Below are positions 12,017-23,022 of a stretch of DNA of 64,000 bases, piece by piece. Both the position numbers and the translations under genes were made by a program. A model generated the notes under the pieces. It searched no databases, was not told where the DNA came from, and worked only from the letters and a program-made list of their open reading frames with translations. Numbering within the stretch: the stretch's first letter is position 1; the number at the start of each line of letters is the position of its first letter. Where the stretch lies: the NCBI GenBank assembly GCA_951406725.2, contig OX597815.1, positions 153,574,001-153,638,000 on the forward strand. The letters run 5' to 3'. Source of the stretch: Octopus vulgaris. Its lineage: Eukaryota.

Positions 12017-14654
12017 ATATATACAAAAAAAAAAATCATATTAGCAAGAAAATTTATAACCTGTACGAGAAAGCAAGAATATTTCTTAAATTCGATGTTT
12101 TTAATGAGTTTGAAGGATAATTTTTTTATTAATCTCATAGAACAGTGCTAAGTTTTGGTAGACGGATCTCACCGCATCTAATACCCAGTTTTCTCTCAGT
12201 CTACTCACAACAATCAATAAATTCTTAAAGAAAAAAAAAAAGAACATTTTTACAATAGATAGAAATCCTCTCATATTAATAGATATAATACAAAACAGTA
12301 TCTAAAAAATCTATTAATTTTATGTTGTCTTTCCGAATTCAAATTTCGCCGACGTCGATTTAGCTTTTCACCATTTCGGGATCTATAAAATAAGTATTAG
12401 CCAAATTTTAGGCCTTGTGTCTATGCAAAAGAGAGGTTTATGTGTGGTCTTTTCCGGTATTTCACTAATTTTGATCTAAAATTACATTACGCTCTATTTC
12501 TTTGATTACTTCAAGAGATCGATAAATTAAGATATATTCATCACATTACGACACCTCTTTGACAAAACGAACTTTGTGTCCAATCAAAACAGGTCTATTT
12601 TAAATACTTTAAGATAAAGAACGATAGGCATGTAAAACAATCCACACATAGATAGATAGAAGTTGTCAAATGGAATATTATTTATAACAAATTCTTCGGT
12701 TAATAAAACAAAAACAAATCAAAACACTATAACATAGCTGGTAAAAAAAAGAGTGTTTCTTGTATGCCTTGGCAAGAATAACTTCTTACGGTTATCATAT
12801 CGAACTTTAGCTCGCCATATAAATAAAGCAACATCACGTATATTCACAACACACAGAAAATTACAAAGCAACAGCTACATAATTTAATGTTTTAAACTAG
12901 TATTGCACAAAGAAAATATTTCTTTATATTGTATTTAACAGGGAAATGTATAGATTGGGATATATATAGACATAATAAAACAGCTAGTTGGGACTGAATC
13001 AAGATGTTACAAGTTCAAATCCCACCTGTCGCTCATGTTTTGTTTACATCATATCCAGTTTACGTTAGTAGGCACACACCTCAGCAATATACATTCATAT
13101 AAAAGAGTGTATGTAACGCGAACTGGATATGTAAACAAAAATTGAAAAACGACTTGTATTACATACGGTTTTTTAAGGCAACATTGCTGCTACATCTCTT
13201 CATCGTATTTCAAGAATTTTATGAGATTTTACGAATTTCATAAGATAGCCAAACTATAAAAATTCGAATGATGTTTAAATAATATAAATAAAAAAGTCTT
13301 GTATTTTTCGATCTCTATTTTTTACTCAATATAACATGACAGAAATCTATCAACAAACATCTTATCATTATGAGAAAATGATTTTACCACGAGTTATGAA
13401 TGCACCAGCAGGATTTATCACATTTGAAAAAGCGAAAGCAGTCATCGATAATTGGGAAAAATTCCTTATATAGCGAATCGGACTCTAGCGACTGAAGAGT
13501 ATAACGGTGTTGATAGCTGAAGTGTAAAGTTCCTTGTTAGTGGGCGTAGCAAATTAATATCTATCTATTTAACTAATAGTTAAAAGGCTTCTTTTTCATA
13601 GACGCAAAGTGGGAAAGGAAATTGTATGAATAATGTTACTGTTTAGCCTTGATCAAGCAGAACTACTTATGACCAAAAGTATTTAAGCTGTAAAGATTTC
13701 GTGTTTTGTAACAATATCCAATATCAAATAGGCCCTTATCTTCTGTAAAACGGTTGAGTGTGCTAAGAAAGAAATTTGGCTACTGTTTCCAGTAGGTAGT
13801 GCCTCTATATAGACGCTTTTCTTTGGTTTTTAGTTTTGAAGTGATTTAGAGGTGTGAAATAATTTTAACCAAGAATCGAAATTGCCGTTAGAACTTCGTG
13901 AGAGCTTACCTCTTCGAGTTTTTATTGAGAAAGATATTAGTTATTGCAATATTGACATAAACGGCAGAATGGTAGACTATCTCTTTACATTGTATGTTCA
14001 AATACTGCTGGAATCGACATGAAATACAATTGAAAGTTGAAACGGTAGTGTTTAGCTATGACTATCTTTCGTATCATTCGCCTATACTTTGAGTTCAAAT
14101 CATGCCGAGGTTGGCCTTAGCTATAAATCCTTACAATTAACAACAATTTTCTTAACTATGACCTACAGTTTTGTGGCATTAGGCCAATATGCGAAATCAG
14201 TTGTGATGGTTCTTTGTCACTAACAAAGAGACATATTCCAGTAAATATAATAGTTTCAAATTTTGCCAGTAGTTTGAGGAAAGGAGGTTTGTCAATGACT
14301 TCGATTTGAGTGCTCATCAAGTACTTATTTTATCGACTCCAGAAGAATAACAGGTAAAGTGGAATTTGAACTCTGAAGTGTCGGAATAAATACAGCAAAG
14401 CATTTTCGGCGCTCTACCGAATCAGCCGTCTGTAGGTATAATGATTATTTTTTTAGTGTACAATGCTTTACGAAAAACTGAGAAGCATAGTCAATATGTT
14501 CTGCTTCAGTATTGTACTTGCACTTAATCCACCCACGACCTAAATACAACCCGTAACGAAATGAAAAATTGCCGTTTTGATTTATATTATCCTCGACTGT
14601 ACCCGCCCAGCTAACTGAGAAATACTCTTTCATAAAGAGGAAATTTACTATAGT

Positions 14655-15048
14655 AGGATATTTTCGGTTTGAACGGCAGTTTTTCTAGCGGTGTCATGTG
14701 AAATTGTCACCCATAATTATGACCCTAGTATCGATCTATTGCATTTCAATCGGTTTTAGGGTTAGGGGTGGGGGAAGGATATCTTTTTTTCTTCGGAAAT
14801 GTAAATAAACCCAATCTGTTTCTTAAACGAGGAACATATTCATACGGCACAGAATGTTTTCACCTCAATAGACGTCATTGATTGGTTGAAATTGAAGAAA
14901 AAAAAACAATAAATATCCTACAAACTATAGAATGTTCTCAAAAAAGCCAAGAGAAAAATATGCACATTCTACCAGTATACGAAGTTTAAAAGTGTTTAGT
15001 TACGTGGAAATTATTTTAAAAAACTGCCGGTCAAACTGAAAAGATCCC
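14655..15048. mobile_element. MITE, 394 bp, ~30-bp TIRs, 6-bp TSD
   Basis: aggatattttcggtttgaacggcagttttt / aaaaactgccggtcaaactgaaaagatccc; TATAGT on both flanks (14649-14654, 15049-15054). Confidence 0.8.
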
Positions 15049-15189
15049 TATAGTGAGCTACATGTGAAGTACGTAAAATTTAGCAATGAACAGAAATTTC
15101 CAGTTTAGTTGGAGAATAAAAACAAAAGTCTAGCAATTCTAATGAAAAAAAATTTTAAATTGGAGAAATATTTTCAAAAACTAAAATTT

Positions 15190-15910
15190 AATTTACAAAT
15201 ATTTGCCGTTCAGAGAGACGGCAACAGGCATGTTTTGGTCTCTTTAGATCTCATCAGTCTACTATATCTACTTTGAACATTTGATAGAAAATTCTATAAA
15301 TAGAGTAAGATATTCCGCTAGAAATAATTTGCGTTAAAAAATGAGGAAAGAGAGCTAACTCAAGTCGGTTAATAAGTATATAATGACGTCAGCAACAAAA
15401 ATCACAAGGAATTGTAATTCTAATTAACAAAAGTAATTGACAAACCTTAGAAGTCAAAAAGACAGCTACGGACATGTTTAAGCTTCATTAGACATCATCA
15501 GATCCCAGCAGGATTAGTATAGTCGACTTCTTCGAGCAGTTGCAATAAAATTTTACATATAGACTTGCGAAGATTTTTAGACACTAATAATTAGAGTAAG
15601 TTTTAAAAAGCTAAAAGAAATAAGAAGAAACTGGGATAAGGGAAATAACCTTAGTCAGTCGGCATGAATTTAGATAAGTTATAATATATTGAATGATGTC
15701 AGCTAATAATTCCCAATGAATTGAAATATTCATTTTACAAAAACCAAGAGATAATTGTTAGCTGCTGCTAAAGAAAAGGGGAGATGATTTCAAGAAATCA
15801 AGATAATTTCCTAAAATTAGTTTACGTAAAGGAAAAATCTAATCTTTGCAGGTTAAGAGAGTAAAACTACGGGCGTATTCCGATATTATTAAACCTCATC
15901 AGTATAGGAT
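15190..15910 (-). repeat. Diverged tandem array (3 cores) with decayed type I hammerhead motifs, retrozyme/Penelope-like
   Basis: CTGATGA on minus at 15251-15257, 15495-15501 and 15896-15902, each followed by a short hairpin and a GAAA-like tetramer; shared flanks (tagagtaag, agtcgg, aatgaYgtcagc). Confidence 0.5.
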
Positions 15911-16071
15911 CCGTTACTTATGTTTCACTGGATAAATTGGTAGATCTGTTTCTACATGGACAAAAAAGAGCCTTTTTAACTGAGCCGATTTATAGCTACA
16001 CTTGAGCTATCACACATCTATGTAAACTGCTTATTGTCTCAACCTCACAATCATCCAAGAGGAACACATAT

Positions 16072-16145
<74 letters not shown>

Positions 16146-16146
<1 letters not shown>

Positions 16147-17980
16147 TAGCTGAAGGTGACCCGCTCTACGCGCGGGTAAGAGTGTGGTTGTTACTTTCTG
16201 TTGCTTCCTTTCAGCACGTAAAAAGCACCATCCGAACGTGGCGGATTGCAGCGCCGCCTTGACTGGCTTCTGTGCTGGTGGCACGTAAAAAGCACCAACC
16301 GATCGTGGCCGCTGCCAGCCCCCCTGGCACCTGTGCAGGCGGCACGAAAAAAGCACCCACTACGCTCACAGAGTGGTTGGCGTTAGGAAGGGCATCCACC
16401 TGTCGAAACACTGCCAGATCAGACTGGAGCCTGGTGCAGCCTCCTGGCTTCCCAGACCCCTGTCAAACTGTCCAACCCGTGCTAGCACGGAAAACGGACG
16501 TTAAACGATGATGATGATGATGATGATGATGATTCTCCCTCTTTGTTTCTTTCTCCTTTCTCTCTCACTTTCCCACTCTCTTACTCTTCCTTTCTCTCGG
16601 AATCACCCTCGCTTTCTCTTACTCTCTATCTTTATGTATCTCTCTCCCATTTATAAACAACAAAAGATCTTGAGTAAGTTGAGAAATAAAATATTTAGAA
16701 AGATCAATCATAAATATCAGGCAGTTACAAAGGAAAGGTCTGCTTCAAGACAGACAGCAAAACACTAACATTTAAAAGGGACAGACGAACTTGCGAGCTG
16801 AATAAAAATAATAAAATATTGGAAACCAAAGTTTGAAGGGATAGAATTTGAGGATAGTAGAGTCACCATGGCTGGCATTTCTTAACGACGGACAGCAACG
16901 TATTGACAGTTCAACGGCTGGCGTAAAATTTTGAACTTGATGTAAAAGAAAATCCCTAAAAACCAAGTTTTGACTTGATTCTTTCTCACGACAGTAGACT
17001 CACGATGGCAAGCATTCAAAACTTCTTCATCATGGACGGCAACACATTGACGATTAAAAGGCTGGCGCAAATTTTTTAGCGTGATGTAACAGAGAATTGC
17101 TAAACACCCGCTCCTTTAAATTTTAATCCCCTTCCAGCCCCATTTATACCCCTTTTCACCTTTTGGTTAATATAACCCAATTTCATTTGGGTCTACTGGG
17201 GCCACATTTTATAAGATGAGGACTCAACCAAGTTTCCCGATTTCTGGTCATAGACCATAGAACAGTCAAGCAAGTTTCCCGAGTTCTGGTCATAGACCAT
17301 AGAACACTCAACCAAGTTTCCCGAGTTCTGGTCATAGACCATAGAACACTAAACCAAGTTTCCCGAGTTCTGGTCATTTGCAGAATAAATAGACACGGCG
17401 GAGGTGGCAGACGTCGTTGCAATGTAAACATGATTTGTTATAAGAGAAAGATTGTCCAGATTGTGTGGTGGTGGTGGCGATGATAATTATCTTTAAGAAT
17501 GGAGATAAAGAGAAATTGAATGGGAGTTAGAGGTAGAAAGAGAAGGTGTAAATTTTGGAGTGAATCCGACGGGATGTAGTGGGCTTTAACCCCGGCAAAA
17601 AAAAAAAATATCTGTTGCGTTTCTGAAAGAGGTGAAGTAGGAATAGTGAAACTTTTGCGGCTGTCATTGATAGACTCGTTGTAGAATAAATAGAGACGGC
17701 GAAAAAAGAGAGAGCTCGAGAAAGAAAAGGTGATATATGAAAGAGAGGACGGGAAAATGAAATATTTTGCAATGTAAACATGATTTGTTTTAAGAGAAAG
17801 ATTGTCATGATTGTGTGTTGGTGGTGTTGGTGGTGGCGATGATAATTATCATTAGGAAAAAGAGTGAGTGAGTGAGGAAGACATAGATAAGTTGTGGCGA
17901 TGATAATTGTAGACCCCTTTTCACATTTTGATGAAGAGAACCCGATTTCATTCGAGTGTACTGGGGCCACATATAGGTGT

Positions 17981-18037
<57 letters not shown>

Positions 18038-18139
18038 ACGCTGTAGAAATTAAATTAGAGATAAAACCACTAATAGGGAAATGAAACAGTAAAAAACCAA
18101 AAACAAAAACATAAAAATAAAAATATAATATTAGATATA

Positions 18140-18179
<40 letters not shown>

Positions 18180-18597
18180 GACAGGTAGACAATAGAATGC
18201 GATGGCGATGGCGATGTAATATTTGTTTCTGTCTATGAAACTGATAGATACATGAGTAAAATGTATGGGAAGCTAAGAGATAAGAGTGAGTGAAAATGTT
18301 CTTGGAAGAGAGGAAACATCGAGAGAGTGATTTGAGGAAGACTTTACATTAAATAACCGTAGTGGCATTGTCAAATGAAGAGGAGTGAGAGAGTACTGGA
18401 GGAAGTAGGGTGAGTGAGGAAGATGGCCCCTAGCAACCATACCTTTTAAGATAGGGATTTCTAAGGTAGCCCACGCGCATCGTCACCTTATTCTACATGT
18501 CCCTGTAAATTTTGGAGCGAATCGGACGGGATGTAGTGGCATTGAAAGCGATCCAAGCGGTAAAAACGCATTTCAGTTTTATATATAGAGAAGAAGA
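16146..18597 (-). mobile_element. Composite non-autonomous Helitron-like element with nested RTE tail and internal duplications
   Basis: Minus strand begins A|TC at 18597 and ends in a GC hairpin (acccgc...gcgggt, 16159-16177) plus CTAG|T at 16146. Confidence 0.65.
17222..17377. repeat. 42-bp minisatellite, ~3.7 copies, each with an internal hairpin
   Basis: Unit caaccaagtttcccgagttctggtcatagaccatagaacact. Confidence 0.9.
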
Positions 18598-19139
18598 TAT
18601 ATATATATATATATTCATTTTACTAATGTTGCCTCCCTACCTCTCCACAATGAAAGCCTGAAGTATTGATTGAGCAAAGACAGATCTAGAAAATTGATTG
18701 AGCATTTCTTTATTAGGTCAAGAAGTGTCCTGCATAGTAGATAACTTGGAGAGTGGGGGTGAGGATGGGGAGAGAGTTCTTTTTGGGTCAAAGTGAACAA
18801 TATTGTCCATATTTCTTATTTACAGCAAATATATATATATATATATTGAATGTCGGTGGCTGCATACGAGCATCTGTATGCATAGAAAAATATTAAAAAT
18901 GTTTACATTCTAGGTCAGGGACTAGTGACCTGTAACCAGCATAAATCAGTTCAACTAAGTTTTAAAATACCTCGCAGCACGTCGTGTCCCAGATTAAGGA
19001 TTTCCTGACCTCAAAAGTAGAGCTACGACACAATTTATTGACGGTGAAATAAGGGAGAACACTGACCATAACTCATGCAATCACAGAATGTAAACATTCT
19101 CAGACGCACATCTGTGCATATACACACATATGCATATTC

Positions 19140-19525
19140 TTTTATTATTTTACTTGTTTCAGTCATTTAACTGCGGTCATGCTGGAGCACCGGCTTTAGT
19201 TGAGCAAATCTACCCCAGGACTTATTCTTTGTAAGCTTAGTACTTATTCTATCAGTCTCTTTTGCTGAACCGCTATGTTACGGGGATGTAAACGCTCCAG
19301 CATCGGCTGTCAAGCGATGTTGACGGAGACAAACACAGATATACAAACATATACACAGACCCACATATATGACGGGCTTCTTCCAGTTTCCATCTACCAA
19401 ATCCACTCACAAGGCTTTAGTTGGCCCGAGGCTATAGTTAGAAGACACTTGCCAAAGGAGCCACGCAGTGGGACTGAACCCGGAACCATGGTTGTGAGCC
19501 CAACAATCTAACCACAGAGCCATGC
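19140..19525 (-). mobile_element. Family-B SINE copy
   Basis: Reverse complement of 55653-56150. Confidence 0.8.
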
Positions 19526-19532
19526 ATATATA

Positions 19533-20204
19533 TGTAGTGGATCTTGCAAGCATAAAGTGGATTCGATTCACTATAGCCAAATTTAGATTAACACTGTAGC
19601 AGAACTTTTCCCACAGTGGAACAATGGTTTTTCTCCGACAGCAGTTTGCCATTTGTCAGATTGCCTTAGCTAGGTCGAAATAATGTCTTCACCACTTGAC
19701 CCTTTCTAACCTCTTCTACTTCATCAAAAGCAAGAATAGAGCCAACAAGACCACCAGCTAAATCTATTGTTCTCAACGATATGTCTATCCTTCTGGATAG
19801 TAATAAAAGCAAGAACCCCCAAGCAAAAATCAAGTAGTCACTTAGCGACCATTGAGCGAGGCGGCTTGTGACGACTCAATTAGTTAGGGAACGGACTGTT
19901 AGAATCATGATCACAAGGAACGCAGCTACTAAAGACAATGGTCAGAGGGAGAAATGAAGTTTACTGTCAGCAACTGTGCGACAACACCCTACAACTCTCA
20001 CTAGCTCTAATTCTGTTCTCTTACAACACCATTCTATCTCTCTCTGTAATTACTACTAAACAATGAAGAGGACACAAACACAAACTTTACTTCACATGCT
20101 TTTAGATTTATCATAACCTGCCCGTCGAGGCAAGGTATTGTAACGTAACGGTAAATAAATATTTCCTTAAAACGCCATGCATTGTTCATCTTTCACATCC
20201 TACA
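19533..20204 (+). mobile_element. Probable solo LTR (672 bp)
   Basis: TGTAGTGGAT...ATCCTACA termini, AATAAA at 20154; TSD not clean. Confidence 0.5.
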
Positions 20205-20719
20205 GTATGCAATTGTAACAAATTTTTATCGTTACAACTGCTGACTCTGACATTTCATGTTATTGTTTACTAATCAATCTTACCCGTTACAATTGGTAAC
20301 TACACTAATTAAAACTTAACCGTTACACACACACACACACTCATATGTTTTTACAAGATCCATATATTTATTATTAAACACATTCCAGTTGTAACCCATT
20401 CTCTCTCCATGAAGACTACCACGTCAACAACATCAATAAGATTAGTTTCAGAATATATATATATATATATATATAAAACAGTTCTACACAATTCTCTCAG
20501 GAAATGCCGTCTCTACAAGCCATAATGAAAGCAAACCACAATTCAAAGTGTTAATTTTGAATGTTCGTACTTTTTCCCAACTCTTGCAGCAATCCTTTTC
20601 AAAGACAACCGTTAACGGAAATGAAAAACATAAAAACACAATTAAGGATACTTATACATTGGAAATTGGAATTCATAATATGTATATATATTAGGAATTA
20701 CAGCTAGGACCTCATCACA

Positions 20720-21700
20720 TTAGGGAGCTGCCGTGTCGAAAATTTCTTGGCTAAAGGACAAATTATTCAAGATCCTCTTGCTGATACCCTTCCCCAGCTT
20801 TCTGAACACGATGGGTGGGCAGGAGGTTGTGTTGATATATGCTAGTCTCTCGTTTGACTTGCGCAGGTCCTGTATGTACCAGAGCCCAAGACGAACGTGG
20901 CGTCTAAGAAGTCCGCGGTGGTGAGGTTGGTCTTGATTGTAATTTTTAATACCATGGAGTTTAGAGTGTTAATCAGATCTTTTCTAAGCCTATCTAAAGT
21001 GTGCCCGCTTGCTCCTCTAGAGATAGCCAGCACGTGATCTCTGTAGAGACCAAAGAGGATAGTGAGGAATTTCTTCTTTAGGGTATGCAAGATATGCAAC
21101 CCAATGCCAGCACCTGCACCAACAACAGTGGAAGTAGCAGCATCAACATGAACATCAATAGAAGCAGCAACGCCAACAGCAGCATTCAAAAATACATCGG
21201 ATGTTCTGGAAAGACCTTCAAGCAGTATCTCTCCAATCACAAATTCTCGTTTAGAATCTCGAAGAGACGTTATGCCACATCTTGACACTTGAAGTGACTC
21301 CATATGTAATCACATGGAAAATCCTAGAGAAACCGGCTCCCTACATCAACGGGAGCAAGTGTTGTAAGTTGTGCATAGTGGAACGGGCGAGGATAGTAAT
21401 GAACTCCCTCGACCTGGGGAATATCTTGAATTCCAGGACGGAAGTTTTCGGACTCTAATTACACTTCAGGTGATTCCTGCTAAAATCCTAGAACCCGCAA
21501 GCTGACTGGGTGGATTCCAGATAGTTGTTTAAGAGAGATCTTTTCTCTTGTGCTTGACCTTTCTCTTTTGTCTATGTGTTCAATAACTAGTCATGGGGCC
21601 TTTTCGACCTTCGTTTTAGAGAGAGGTCTTTAGGATCTAACGAGACGTTATAAAACTAAGCGCTTTATGAACGTGAAACCCTGGATAACCATATAAACAT
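20720..21700. mobile_element. Degenerate Penelope-like retroelement with internal inversion (RT fragment on minus, GIY-YIG endonuclease on plus)
   Basis: Minus 20720-21060: GLYRDH (YxDD-like) and DFLDATF. Plus 21190-21480: KYIGCSGKTFKQYLSNHKFSF, WKILEK, CCKLCIVER, ILNSRTE, with stops and frameshifts. Confidence 0.8.
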
Positions 21701-22184
21701 GCCATATCTACCTACCTACCAATCTATCTACCCACATGCTCCCCCACTCTCTCACTCAAACACTGCAAAGCTTACAGAAGGGCTGCTGAATTGAAATCTC
21801 TATGTTGCTTTGAGGGGAAGGTAAAATTTGACAAACTGCTTCTTCCCTTTGTTGTTGGACTCGCGTGATGTTTGTTCAAAAAAGAGAGATTATGACAGTG
21901 ATAAAATAATGAAAGCAATACTTACTAAGCAAGCGAGCACTATTATACAAAGAAGTAATTAAACGTAAAATATAAAAATTATTACAAGTGGGAACCAAAT
22001 GTGAAAATATTATCAAGGGGCTAGCAGAAATTTTCATCTAAATTCACAAAAAAAGAAAAAAAAAGTTGAGATGTCTTTTAAAAAATTAAAATGTTTTGTG
22101 TATTGAAGCATAACCGATTTAATGCAGATAAATTTTAACATCTTATATGGATCCTGCTTGAGAACCACTGGTCTACGGGCATAC

Positions 22185-22410
22185 AGCTGACAGAAACGTT
22201 AGCACGCCGGGCGAAATGCCTAGCGGTATTTCGTCTGCATTACGTTGTGAGTTCAAATTCCGCCGAGGTCGACTTTGCTTTTCATCCTTTCGGGGTCGAT
22301 AAATTAAGTACCAGTTACGAACTGGGGTCGATGTAATCAACTTAATACCTATGTCTGTCCTTGTTTGTTCCCTCTGTGTTTAGCCCCTTGTGGGTAATAA
22401 AGAAATAGGC
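22185..22410 (+). mobile_element. tRNA-derived SINE, family A (central domain resembles the Meta domain); young copy
   Basis: B-box gagttcaaatt, core gtcgactttgc-tttcatcctttcggggtcgataaa; nearly identical inverted copy at 46956-47188. Confidence 0.8.
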
Positions 22411-22859
22411 ATACAGCCTGTTATTCCCCACTCAATCTTCTGCTTCCTGACCCCCTACCCCACCTTTTTTCTGTTTCTGTTTCCTCGGAGAGGTAGTTCT
22501 GTTCTTTTTTTCACGATGATTTGATCTTTTGTGCTTTTAATGCTTTTTTCTGTTTTAAGAAGAAAAAAAAAGTTAGCTTGACAAAATCTTCAATGTTATC
22601 TAAGTTAGCATTATCAAGGGAAGTAACTACCATCAGTTCTTAACAGAGGGCGCTTTTTCTCCATGCGTGTTTCCTACGAAGCACATGCCGTGATTTCAGG
22701 TGTAAAAGAAGTTTAAGGAAGTCCTTTATTTTTCGGGGGAAATTTTAAAATTTAGCACTGTATTTTCTATTTATCATTACTTCACAATTCCATTGAAGAA
22801 CTACCTGAAGTTAAGCATCTTTTACAAGCAGTCTTTCTAGCAACTTGTCCTTCAGAAAT

Positions 22860-22947
22860 ATGGCTCAGAAGATTTTCAATACTATTGGCAAAATAGGACT
22901 TGGTCTTGTTGCTGTTGGTGGTATTGTCCAAACTGCTCTTTTTAATG
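22860..22947 (+). CDS. PHB1: Prohibitin-1 coding exon 1 ([29 protein letters not shown])
   Basis: ATG at 22860, donor gtaaga at 22948. Confidence 0.93.
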
Positions 22948-22950
22948 GTA

Positions 22951-23022
<72 letters not shown>

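Noticed and set aside
17222-17377. Palindromic direct repeats resembling a CRISPR array; ORF 17183-17431 with 14-aa repeats
   Set aside because: Units are contiguous with no unique spacers, there are no cas genes, and the context is eukaryotic; a minisatellite.
22195-22265. tRNA-like A/B-box sequence
   Set aside because: SINE head repeated many times in the window; no complete cloverleaf.
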